NCBI GenBank assembly: GCA_020725405.1 | Contig: DYFB01000093.1 | Span: 3,183-67,182 of the forward strand | Direction: 5' to 3' | Source: Symbiobacterium sp. | Lineage (GTDB): Bacteria; Bacillota; Sulfobacillia; UBA995; UBA9673 | Length of the DNA: 64,000 nt | Part shown: positions 29,074 to 37,863 of the stretch, in pieces | Position numbering within the stretch: position 1 is the stretch's first letter | How the letters are laid out: each line of letters opens with the position of its first letter | Notes under the pieces: model-generated | Told to the model about the DNA's origin: nothing | The model's database searches: none | Seen by the model: the letters and a program-made list of their open reading frames with translations, nothing else | Made by a program: the position numbers and the translations under genes

Positions 29074-29141
29074 TCCCGGCACGGAGGAGATCCCGGCGCG
29101 GAGGAGGTCCCGGCGCGGAGGAGGTCCCGGCGCGGAGGAGA
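29074..29141. repeat. Perfect-to-near-perfect 17-bp tandem repeat x4 (tcccggcGcggaggagR), intergenic, carrying four SD-like GGAGG cores
   Basis: Read directly from the sequence: tcccggcacggaggaga / tcccggcgcggaggagg / tcccggcgcggaggagg / tcccggcgcggaggaga. Confidence 0.9.
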
Positions 29142-29240
29142 TGGGAGGGATGGGCAAGAAGTCTGTCGCCCAGGCGGGCGCCGGCTGCGCCCACCAAGCT
29201 ACCTGCATCCGGAGGGATTGCCATTCCTGTTCCCGTAATC

Positions 29241-30605
29241 GTGCGGCGCCTCTGGAGAAGAGCCGTACCGGGCCTCCTGCGGCCGGCGGCCGTGCTCGGC
29301 CTCGTCGTCGTCTTCGTGCTTCTCGCGGCCTTTGGCGTCCGCGGGTGCCATCCGCCCCGCGACCCGGCCGATTCCGGGAGCGCCTACACCCCTCCCGAGG
29401 GTCCGAGCGGGCCGACCTCCTTCCGCGGGGGTCCGGGACCCGAATCGGAGCTCGATCCCCTGAACATCTCCGTGGTGATGACCGACCGCATCTTCCAGGA
29501 GACCTACGAGGGGACGGTCGTCGCCCGGCTCGCGCCGGACGGGCGCTCCTTTATCCTGAGCAGCACGTTCCAGCGCGGCGGCCGGAAGTACTACGGGTTC
29601 CAGGTCTGCGACCTCCGGGGGGAAGTGCTCTGGGAGCACGTCTTCCCTGTCTCCGCCTACCGGCGGGCTGATGCTTTCTACCTCGCGGGCGGGCGGTACA
29701 TCGGAGCCGTAGCCTGCGACTACGACCAGGAAGGTGAAGTGCAGATACGGGCGGCCGACGGCCAGTTGGTTTTCACCCGGCCGATAGTCGGTTGGACGAT
29801 GCCGGTCATGTCCGCCCGGGGGTCGTGGCTGGCTCTCTTCAACCAGCAGCGAAACACCCTCAGCGTGTTCGGGCCGCCGAGATTCGAAACCGCCTGGAGC
29901 CTGAAGCTGGGGGAGGGGGCCCACGGCTTCTTCCTCGAGGACGGTCCCCGGTTCCTCCTCATCGAGAGCGGTCGGGCCAGGCTCTTCGGCGCCGGCGGCC
30001 AGGTTCTGTGGTCGGTGGCCATCCCCGGGGGTGGCTACTGGCGGGCCCTGGCCTCGCCGGACGGCCGGTATGTGGCGGCCACGACCGAGGACCCCGACAG
30101 CGCCGTCTACCTCTACTCGGCGGAGGACGGGAGCCTGGTGTGGAGCCAGTCCCTGGTCACGGGGGGCCACAAGAGCCTCGCCTTCTCACCCGACGGGGCT
30201 TCTCTCGTCGTCTACGACATCGGCCAGCACGCGGCCATCTACATGCTCGACGCCGCCGGCGGGAACATCGTCTGGCGCTTCTACCTCACGGCCTACGGCC
30301 GGACCGGCTCGATGATAACCGTTAAGGACCTGCAGTTCACTCCGGACGGCCGCTACATCGTCGCCGACATTGTCGAGTCGACCCTTGACGACCGCACCTA
30401 CGTGATGTACCATTATCTCCTCGCCCTGGCTCCGGACGGGCACGCCCTGTGGATAACCCCGCTGGGCTCGCAGGTGGACGTGGAGATGAACGCGGTCGCC
30501 GGGCTCCTCCTCATCATGACGAACAACGTCACCGACGGCTACGGGCTTATCCGGAACACCCTGACCCTGGTGACCTTCCTCGAGGACCTCACCTCGCCGC
30601 AGTGA
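29241..30605 (+). CDS. Membrane-anchored PQQ/BamB-like beta-propeller repeat protein
   Basis: N-terminal TM VLGLVVVFVLLAAF. Repeated blades with G-x-hydrophobic-W cores (GEVLWEHVF, GQLVFTRPI, GQVLWSVAI, GSLVWSQSL, GNIVWRFYL, GHALWITPL). Confidence 0.7.
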   Translation: MRRLWRRAVPGLLRPAAVLGLVVVFVLLAAFGVRGCHPPRDPADSGSAYTPPEGPSGPTSFRGGPGPESELDPLNISVVMTDRIFQETYEGTVVARLAPDGRSFILSSTFQRGGRKYYGFQVCDLRGEVLWEHVFPVSAYRRADAFYLAGGRYIGAVACDYDQEGEVQIRAADGQLVFTRPIVGWTMPVMSARGSWLALFNQQRNTLSVFGPPRFETAWSLKLGEGAHGFFLEDGPRFLLIESGRARLFGAGGQVLWSVAIPGGGYWRALASPDGRYVAATTEDPDSAVYLYSAEDGSLVWSQSLVTGGHKSLAFSPDGASLVVYDIGQHAAIYMLDAAGGNIVWRFYLTAYGRTGSMITVKDLQFTPDGRYIVADIVESTLDDRTYVMYHYLLALAPDGHALWITPLGSQVDVEMNAVAGLLLIMTNNVTDGYGLIRNTLTLVTFLEDLTSPQ

Positions 30606-30784
30606 GCCGGCGCTCTGATTGGGCCGGCCGGCGGCAAGCGGTCGGCGCGGGCGTTCGGCGCGGCGGACCGGCAAATCCTCCGCGACAAGGGTTGCACCCG
30701 CGGGCGTCGAACTCCACCAGCAGCGGAGCTCTGGCATATGGCTTTCCGGGACGGGTTCCGCTGGCTGTCGGGAGTCCCTGAGGA

Positions 30785-32773
30785 GTGCTTGAAGGAGCCA
30801 TGACCACCTCCCGCCGCCGGGGCCGCATCCTTCCCCCGTCGACCGTCCTCCAGAACCGCTACCGCATCCTCCGCCTGCACGACCAGGGCGGCTCAGCAAC
30901 CGTGTACCTCGCCGAGCGTCTCGGGGTGGATGAGAGCGTGCCCCTGGCCGTCAAGGAGCTCAACCCGGACGCGTTCAGCCTGGCCGAGTTCAAGAACGAA
31001 GTCAACGTCCTTTACTCGCTGAACCACCCCAACCTCCCCAAGGTCTATGACTTCTTCGAGCAGGACGGGAAGCACTACCTCGTCATGGACTTCGTGCGGG
31101 GTAAGACCCTCAAGCAGATGGTTCTCGAGGGCGGCGCTCTCGGCGAGGACGAGGCCCTGGACTACGCCCTCCAGATATGCGACATCATGACCTACCTCCA
31201 CCGGCGGGCCGAGCGCCGGATCATCCATCGAGACCTCAAGCCGTCGAACCTGATGCTGACTCACGCCGGCCAGGTGAAGCTCCTCGACTTCGGCATCGCC
31301 CGGGTGCCCGACAGCCGGCTCCCGGGCAATCTGCTCCACGCCTACACCGAGGACTACGCCTCCCCCGAGCAGAAGGAGAACCGGCCGACCGACCAGAGGA
31401 GCGATATCTACAGCTTCGGGGTGACCCTCCGCAGCCTTCTCGAGGGAAGGCTGCCGGGCGTCGATGAGGAGGCGCCCGCGGAGGACCTCTCCCCGCCCCG
31501 GCGCAGGCCCAGGGTGTCGCGGGAGATGAGGCGGATACTCGGACGCTGTCTCCGACCCGACCCCGCCGAGCGCTATCAGAGCTTTGAGGAGCTCGCCCGC
31601 GACCTCCGCTCCTACCGGCAGGCCCGGCGGACCAGAACGGCCCGCCGCCTCGGCTTCGCCGCCGCCGCTCTCGGGGTCGCCAGCCTTCTCTTCCTGGCGA
31701 AGGTCCTCTTCGGCCCCTCCCTCTACCCCATCCTGGGGCCCGAGCGCCTGCAGGTCGGGGTCGGGACGGCCCTGCAGGTCGGCCTCCCGGCCGGATGGGA
31801 AGGCAGCCTCGACGGTATCGTCTGGGACATCATCGACACCCAGGCTCCGGGCCAACCGCGCGAGGTCCAGAGGGGCCGGTACTGTTCATTCGTCTCGACC
31901 GATCTCGGCGTGTTCCAGGTCCAGGCCTACCTCGAAACGAACGGCCGCCGCCGGCTCCTGTCCACGGTGAAGAGGATAGAGGTCTACCCGGCCCTGAGCG
32001 TGCCGCACGAGGTTCTGGTGGGGCAGCGCTTCACTCTCTCCTCGCCCGGGGCGACGGCGGGGGGCGGCCGGGAGTACACCTGGCAGTGGACCATCCGCGG
32101 CCCGATTGAGGGCGCCGACGCCGCCTCGGCCCCGGTGGTGCTCCAGAAGTCCACGACCGAGCCGCGGCTGCGGGCGGAGATGGCGGTGGAGGGGACCTAC
32201 GCGGTGTGGCTGAGCGTCAACGTCAAGGCTCCCGGGGGCCTGGAAGTCTCGACCGCCGCGCCGGCGAAGACGCTGGCCGCGGTCACCCGGCTCGTCGTCG
32301 ACCCCAGCCGCGTCATCAGCCGCAACCCGAGCTTCGAGGAGCAGTACGGCGGCCAGCCGACCGACTGGGTCCTCGTCTATACCGCGCAGCTCACCTACGA
32401 CAAGACGATTGGCCGAACCGGCTCACGCTCCATCCGTTTCACCCCGAAGGCGGGTTCGCCCACTCCCTACGCCGTCCAGCTCCTCCCCCTCGAAGACGGG
32501 CGCTCCTACCGCGCTACCGTCTGGGTCAGGGGCGAGAACGTGGCCGACGGCGGGCGCATCTCCCTCGAGGCCCGCTTCCGGTCGCCCGTCGACGAGACCT
32601 ACGTTCTCAGCGACGAGACGGTGACCGTCGACTGGAGCGGGACTTTCGACTGGCGGCAGATGGCCGTCCACTTCTTCGTTCCCTCCGGAAGCGGCGTCAC
32701 CCTCGAGCTGTACCTGAGGTTCAGCGGCAGCGGGTCCGTCTGGTTCGACGACTGCGTGGTCGAGAAGCTCTGA
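30785..32773 (+). CDS. Transmembrane Hanks-type Ser/Thr protein kinase with an extracellular Ig-like plus carbohydrate-binding-module-like (CBM4/9-type) sensor region
   Basis: Kinase subdomains LAVKEL (Lys), HRDLKPSNLML, DFGIA, ASPEQ. Single TM GFAAAALGVASLLFLAKVLF. C-terminal domain SRNPSFEEQYGGQPTDWVLV...GSRSIRFTP...YRATVWVRGEN...GSVWFDDCVV resembles CBM_4_9 sugar-binding modules. Confidence 0.85.
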   Translation: MLEGAMTTSRRRGRILPPSTVLQNRYRILRLHDQGGSATVYLAERLGVDESVPLAVKELNPDAFSLAEFKNEVNVLYSLNHPNLPKVYDFFEQDGKHYLVMDFVRGKTLKQMVLEGGALGEDEALDYALQICDIMTYLHRRAERRIIHRDLKPSNLMLTHAGQVKLLDFGIARVPDSRLPGNLLHAYTEDYASPEQKENRPTDQRSDIYSFGVTLRSLLEGRLPGVDEEAPAEDLSPPRRRPRVSREMRRILGRCLRPDPAERYQSFEELARDLRSYRQARRTRTARRLGFAAAALGVASLLFLAKVLFGPSLYPILGPERLQVGVGTALQVGLPAGWEGSLDGIVWDIIDTQAPGQPREVQRGRYCSFVSTDLGVFQVQAYLETNGRRRLLSTVKRIEVYPALSVPHEVLVGQRFTLSSPGATAGGGREYTWQWTIRGPIEGADAASAPVVLQKSTTEPRLRAEMAVEGTYAVWLSVNVKAPGGLEVSTAAPAKTLAAVTRLVVDPSRVISRNPSFEEQYGGQPTDWVLVYTAQLTYDKTIGRTGSRSIRFTPKAGSPTPYAVQLLPLEDGRSYRATVWVRGENVADGGRISLEARFRSPVDETYVLSDETVTVDWSGTFDWRQMAVHFFVPSGSGVTLELYLRFSGSGSVWFDDCVVEKL

Positions 32774-32787
32774 GCTGACGACACGAT

Positions 32788-35700
32788 ATGAGCCATTCGG
32801 CAAAGGAAGGCCCCCCCCGCGGCGCGAAGAATACGGCTCACCTCTGGAGGAGCTCCGCCTTGCTCTCCGACCTCGGCCGCACAGCGAGAAGGCTCGGCTC
32901 GGCGAGACGGGTGGTCCGGGCGGCCCTGGCCGCTCTGGTCGCCGCCGGTCTCCTCCTCCCCTGCCTGCCCGCACCCCGACCGCTCCTGGCGGCGCCGCCG
33001 GCGACACCGCCCGGTGCGGCCTCGACGTCGTACGCCGATATCGACGGCCACTGGGCGCGCCCGGAGATAGAGGCCCTGCGGGCCCGTGGAGCCCTCCCCC
33101 CCTCGGGGGAGTTTTTCCGGCCCGACGAGCCGGTGACCCGCGGCGAATTCCTGGCCGACCTCGTCCGGGCCCTGGGTTACGGTCCCGAAGCGGCTGAGCT
33201 CGGCGATCACCCGCCGCCGTTCAGCGACGCCGGGGCCGGCGAGACCATCACTGGGCACCTGAGCGCCGGGGTCGAGCACGGTCTCGTCCGCGGCTACCCT
33301 GACGGGACCTTCCGGGCCGACTGGGAGATAACCCGGGCCGAGATCTCGACCATCCTCGTCCGCCTGAGCGGCCTTGCGCCGGACGCTCCCGGACTGGCCG
33401 CCCTGCCCTTTACCGACCGTTCCGACGTTCCGTCTTGGGCGGCGGGCTACATCGCCGTGGCCTACCAGCGGGGCATGGTCCGGGGGTACCCGGACGGCTC
33501 CTTCCGGCCTGAGAGCGGGGCTACCCGAGCCGAGGCCGCCTGCCTCATCTACCGCGCCGTCCGGCTGAGCGGCCGGCTGTTCGACCTTACCGGCCTGGTG
33601 CGCGAGGGCCCCGGAAGCGGGGACAGTCTCGCCGTGGACCTCTGGCCCGCGGGAACGCCCGGAAGCTACGTCGAAGAGGACGGGACTCTTGTCGTCCCCC
33701 TTCCGGATTCCCTCGGCCCCTCCCCGCCCGGGCCGACCGTCCGCGTCAGGATTTCATCGTCTTGCGTGACCTACCGCGATGGTCGACCGGCCGTCCTCTC
33801 CGCGGTGCGCCCGTTCGACGAGGTCGCCCTCATCCTCGACGAGACCGGGGCCGTCGCCTTCATCGAGGCCCTGCGCCCTGACGGTGTCGGTCTGGTCACC
33901 GGAGTCGGGCCCGGGCTCGCCTGGGTCGCTCTCACTTCCCTGGGCGGTGACGGGCCGGAGCGGGTCTTCGCCATCCTGCCCTGGGCGCCGGTCCTCCCTG
34001 CGGGGGCGGGGGGGCGTGCGCCGGTCCTGGGTGACCTGGTCTACTTCATCCTCGACAGCGCGAGCGGCGCCATTCGGGCTCTGGCCCTCATCGGTCCGGT
34101 CGCCGGGGCTTCCGCCGGCCCGGCCGCCGGATTCTCCGCCGACCCGGCCGCCGGGGCGTTCACCGGCCCGGCCGCCGGATTCTCCGCCGACCCGGCCGCC
34201 GGGGCGTTCACCGGCCCGGCCGCGACGACCGGCCCGGACGTCACCACGAGCGAGGTCATCGACCCGGCGGCCGCCCCGCCCCCGCTTCTGACGCCCGCGG
34301 CGGCCATGGCCCTGAGCGCCGCGGCCGTGAACGCCCCCGCGCTCAGGACCCTTACCGGGGCGAGCGGGCGGGGAGTAACCATCGCCATCGTGGACACCGG
34401 AGTGGACGTGAGTCACCCCGACCTCGCTATGACCAGCGCGTGGGAGCGGAAGATCGTCGACTGGCGCGACTTCAGCGGTGAGGGGGACGTGTCGACGACG
34501 AGGATATCGACGGCCGACGCGGTCGGGATTATCCAGACGGACCTCGGGCCGGCCAAGGTCACCGGCATCGTCTCCCAGAGCGGCTTCTACCACTCCGGGG
34601 TCTTCTCCGAAAGCCAGCTTCAACCGGGTGGGCCTCTCGGCGGGGACCTCGACCGGAACGGGCGGACCGGTGACCGCTTCCTGGTGGTCGCCGTCGACCG
34701 ACGCCTCTCCGGCGTCTACGACACCGTCTACGTGGACACCAACCGCAATCTCGACCTCACGGACGAGGTCCCCCTGCGCCCCTACCGCGATACGGCCCTC
34801 GTGGCCTGGTTCGGCGACGCGGGCCGACCGCGGTCCGAACGCTGCTCCTTCGTCCTGGCTGACATCCGCTCCGACGGCAACCGCGTGACCCTCGGCTTCG
34901 ACGGGAACGGTCACGGGACGCACGTCGCCGCCATCTCTTCGGCCTACGGCTCCTACCGCGGCGGGCTCGACGGTCTCGCCCCGGGCACCCGCGTCATGGC
35001 CCTGAAGGCCCTCCGCTCCTCAGGCGACGGGACCTGGGGGGACATCGTCCGGGCCGTCAGCTACGCGGCCCAGAAGGGGGCCGAGATCATCGTCCTCAGC
35101 GTGGCCAACCTCTCGCACGGGGGAGACCTATCCGCGGAGACGGCGGCCATCGCCGCCGTGGCCGCGCGCTACGGCGTGCTGATCGTCTCGGCCGCTGGCA
35201 ACACGGGGCCGGGCGTGGGCACCGCCCGGGGGCTCGGCGCGTCCCCCGGCATTCTTACCGTCGGGGCCGCGCTGGACCAGGCTATGTGGCAGGCATACTT
35301 CGGCTACGCCGTGGAGGGGCGGACCGTCTGGCCGTTCAGCGCCGTGGGGCCGCGCCCCGACCTTTCCGGAGGCCCGGATGTCCTCGCTCCGGGCTGCGCC
35401 CTCTCGGCCGCGCCACTGTGGCTCGAGCCTCCCGGCTACGTCCAGTCCGAGGGGACGAGCATGGCCGCGCCCCATGTCGCCGGAGTGGCCGCCCTGCTCC
35501 TCGAGGCCCTGCGGCAGACCGGCCGGCCTGCTCCGGTGAGTCTTGTGAGTCTTGTCGAGGAGGCCATCCTGGCCGGAGCCCGGCCTCTGGAGGGCTACTC
35601 CTTCGTCGAGCAGGGGCGGGGGGCGGTCGACGCTCTCCGCTCCTGGGAGTGGCTGGCCGGACCGGCGGCGGCGACCGGGAGCGGTGCGGCGCCGCGCCCC

Positions 35701-37440
35701 CGCGGAACCCTCGGCCTCACCCCGAAGGGCGTCTACGACCGCGACGGATCGTCCGCCAGGGTTCTCGCTGAACTCACGGCGAGAGCCCCGGGCCTGCCGG
35801 CCTGGCTTGACCTCTCCGCCGCGGAGCCGTGGGTCGTCGCGGAAAGGCCGAAGCTCGCCCTACCGGTGGGACTCCCTCGCTCCGTAGGGCTGTCCCTCCG
35901 ACCGGACGGGGAAGGCCTCCACTCCACCTTGCTGGTCGGGTCGCAGGGTTTGGCCGAACTCGTTTCCCTGCCGGTGACGGTGGTCGTTCCCGTGGAGTTC
36001 TCCGCCGCTTCCGGCTGGCGGATCTCCGAGGAGGGGGTCCTCGGCCCAGCCCGCCTGGACCGGTGCTTCTTCCGGGTGCCCCCGGGGGCGAGCGCCCTCG
36101 AGGTTTCCTTCGGTGTCGCCGACGCCGGCGGCGGGAACCACGCCGGTCGGGTCCGGCTCTTCCTCTACGGGCCGGACAGCCACCTGGCGGCGGCCACGGG
36201 CTACGTGGGCCAGGGGACCTCCGACGGCTTCGCCTCTCTGGTCCTCGAGGAACCGGCCGCGGGCGTCTGGGAGGCCGTAGTCTACAGCTCCGCAGCCTTG
36301 TCGGCCTTCGGGCTGGACGATTCGCACTACTGGCTTGAGGCGGCTCTATCGGGGGTCGTCTATGACCTTTCCGGCGCCGGGTGGGAGGTGACCGTCGCGT
36401 CCCCGAGCGTGAGCCGGGTCCGGGCCGACCTGCCTCTCGTCAACATCGGAGACGCCTTCGAGGTCGCCCTCGAGGGTTTCGGTCTCTGGCCGCGCGCCTG
36501 GGACCCCCGGCCCGAAGCGGTCACTCTCGGCTCCGGGGAGACCCTGCTCCGGGTACTCCCGCCCCTGGAGGGGCGCTCCGGGCTCCTCCGGGTTCAGCTC
36601 TGCAACGTCCACGCTGAAGCCTGGGATGAGTCCGAGCCCCCGCCGGATCTCGACCTGACCGTCTTCCAGCGCACCGACACGGGCTGGCGGGAGTTCGCCA
36701 GGTCGTCCGCACCTGGTGTCCGCCAGGAAATTGTTGAAATCGTCGACCCGCCGGGGGGTGAGTACGCCGTCCAGGTAACGGCCTCCGGTGGAGCCGGGTG
36801 GGTTTCCTTCGAGCTCAGGTCCCAGTGGCTCCCGGCCGGCGGTCAGGTTACACCGGTGGTTTCGGAGCTGATCCTCCCCGCCGGAGCCCGCCGGCCTGTG
36901 GCCGTGGTTGTCAGCGTACCGACCGGTGAGGGGGCCCGCCTCGGAGCCCTGAGGCTGAGGGACCGCACCGGCAGTTTCGACCTCCGGGGCGGCCTTTCGG
37001 ACACCGTCAGTCTGCTGCCTCTTACGGTCAGACGCACCGCCCAGTCCATCCGGGTCGTTCTCTCCCAGACCTCGCTCGAGCCGGGCCCGAACCTCCTGAC
37101 CTTCCGGGTCCTGACCGCAGACGGGGTGCCGGTCGCCCGCTTCGCCCTGGAAACCGGGGGTCGTCGCTACGAGGCTGCCGGCGGTTTCGTGACGGTGCCC
37201 TGGCCGGCGGCGGACGAGCCCGGACCGGCCAGGGTCTGGGTGCGAACTGTCCTTCCGGATGGGACAGGGTCGGGGTGGCTGTTTCACCTGCCGGTGGTGT
37301 TAACCCAGCCGGGAGAGCGGGGGTCCCGGCCCCTGGGGCCGGGGGCCCCGGCCTGGCTTGAAGCCGAGGGTTTCCGGCCCCCGGAGCTGGACGAGCTCAG
37401 GGAGCTTTTCGACACGGCCCTCGCGGGAGGGGTCTCCTGA
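32788..37440 (+). CDS. SLH-domain-anchored subtilisin-like serine protease (S8 family), 1550 aa, multidomain
   Basis: Signal peptide. Three SLH repeats (YADIDGHWARPEIEALRARGAL..., FSDAGAGETITGHLSAGVEHGLVRGYPDG, FTDRSDVPSWAAGYIAVAYQRGMVRGYPDG). S8 triad VTIAIVDTGVDVSHPDL (D), GNGHGTHVAAI (H), GTSMAAPHVAGVAALL (S). Long C-terminal beta-rich domains. Confidence 0.9.
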   Translation: MSHSAKEGPPRGAKNTAHLWRSSALLSDLGRTARRLGSARRVVRAALAALVAAGLLLPCLPAPRPLLAAPPATPPGAASTSYADIDGHWARPEIEALRARGALPPSGEFFRPDEPVTRGEFLADLVRALGYGPEAAELGDHPPPFSDAGAGETITGHLSAGVEHGLVRGYPDGTFRADWEITRAEISTILVRLSGLAPDAPGLAALPFTDRSDVPSWAAGYIAVAYQRGMVRGYPDGSFRPESGATRAEAACLIYRAVRLSGRLFDLTGLVREGPGSGDSLAVDLWPAGTPGSYVEEDGTLVVPLPDSLGPSPPGPTVRVRISSSCVTYRDGRPAVLSAVRPFDEVALILDETGAVAFIEALRPDGVGLVTGVGPGLAWVALTSLGGDGPERVFAILPWAPVLPAGAGGRAPVLGDLVYFILDSASGAIRALALIGPVAGASAGPAAGFSADPAAGAFTGPAAGFSADPAAGAFTGPAATTGPDVTTSEVIDPAAAPPPLLTPAAAMALSAAAVNAPALRTLTGASGRGVTIAIVDTGVDVSHPDLAMTSAWERKIVDWRDFSGEGDVSTTRISTADAVGIIQTDLGPAKVTGIVSQSGFYHSGVFSESQLQPGGPLGGDLDRNGRTGDRFLVVAVDRRLSGVYDTVYVDTNRNLDLTDEVPLRPYRDTALVAWFGDAGRPRSERCSFVLADIRSDGNRVTLGFDGNGHGTHVAAISSAYGSYRGGLDGLAPGTRVMALKALRSSGDGTWGDIVRAVSYAAQKGAEIIVLSVANLSHGGDLSAETAAIAAVAARYGVLIVSAAGNTGPGVGTARGLGASPGILTVGAALDQAMWQAYFGYAVEGRTVWPFSAVGPRPDLSGGPDVLAPGCALSAAPLWLEPPGYVQSEGTSMAAPHVAGVAALLLEALRQTGRPAPVSLVSLVEEAILAGARPLEGYSFVEQGRGAVDALRSWEWLAGPAAATGSGAAPRPRGTLGLTPKGVYDRDGSSARVLAELTARAPGLPAWLDLSAAEPWVVAERPKLALPVGLPRSVGLSLRPDGEGLHSTLLVGSQGLAELVSLPVTVVVPVEFSAASGWRISEEGVLGPARLDRCFFRVPPGASALEVSFGVADAGGGNHAGRVRLFLYGPDSHLAAATGYVGQGTSDGFASLVLEEPAAGVWEAVVYSSAALSAFGLDDSHYWLEAALSGVVYDLSGAGWEVTVASPSVSRVRADLPLVNIGDAFEVALEGFGLWPRAWDPRPEAVTLGSGETLLRVLPPLEGRSGLLRVQLCNVHAEAWDESEPPPDLDLTVFQRTDTGWREFARSSAPGVRQEIVEIVDPPGGEYAVQVTASGGAGWVSFELRSQWLPAGGQVTPVVSELILPAGARRPVAVVVSVPTGEGARLGALRLRDRTGSFDLRGGLSDTVSLLPLTVRRTAQSIRVVLSQTSLEPGPNLLTFRVLTADGVPVARFALETGGRRYEAAGGFVTVPWPAADEPGPARVWVRTVLPDGTGSGWLFHLPVVLTQPGERGSRPLGPGAPAWLEAEGFRPPELDELRELFDTALAGGVS
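34115..34210 (+). repeat. Perfect 48-bp in-frame tandem duplication inside the S8 protease gene (encodes AGFSADPAAGAFTGPA x2, with partial third copies on both sides)
   Basis: Identical 48-mers at 34115-34162 and 34163-34210. Confidence 0.9.
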
Positions 37441-37823
37441 TGCCGCAGGCTGTCGCAACTCGCAAGGAGAGGATACTTGTCGTCGACGACGAAGAGAGCA
37501 TGCGGGAGCTGCTCCTGGCCCTGTTCCGCAAGAACGGGTACCAGACCGCCGCCGCCCGGAACGCCGCTGAGGCCCTCGCCCTGGCCGCGGAGATGGACCC
37601 GACCGTGGCCGTCATCGACGGTCACCTGCCCGGCGGAGGGGGCGTCGCTTTCATCCGGAAGTTCCGGGGTAGCTTTCCCGAGATACGGACCGTCTTGATG
37701 ACCGCCTACGACAGTCCGGAGCTGCTCGAGGCTGCTTCCCCGGCCGGGGCCGGGGCGTGGGTCCGGAAACCCTTCGACCTGCTTGAGCTACTCGACAAAG
37801 TGGAGAGCCTCTGCCGGATCTGA
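37440..37823 (+). CDS. Stand-alone response-regulator receiver domain (CheY-like), translationally coupled to the subtilase
   Basis: RILVVDDEESMRELL...TVAVIDGHLPG (acceptor Asp)...VLMTAY...WVRKPF. All receiver motifs are intact. ATG overlaps the subtilase stop as TGATG. No output domain. Confidence 0.85.
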   Translation: MPQAVATRKERILVVDDEESMRELLLALFRKNGYQTAAARNAAEALALAAEMDPTVAVIDGHLPGGGGVAFIRKFRGSFPEIRTVLMTAYDSPELLEAASPAGAGAWVRKPFDLLELLDKVESLCRI

Positions 37824-37863
37824 CCGCTCCCGAACCTTGTCCCGCACGGAGGTAAGACCCAGA

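Noticed and set aside
29141-29671. 176-aa ORF starting inside the 17-bp repeat and overlapping the beta-propeller gene out of frame.
   Set aside because: It has no SD context beyond the repeat itself, low-complexity Arg/Pro composition, and the propeller frame carries the conserved repeats.
35527-35544. 9-bp direct duplication gtgagtctt x2 inside the subtilase gene (VSLVSL).
   Set aside because: Too short to distinguish from chance. No functional implication.
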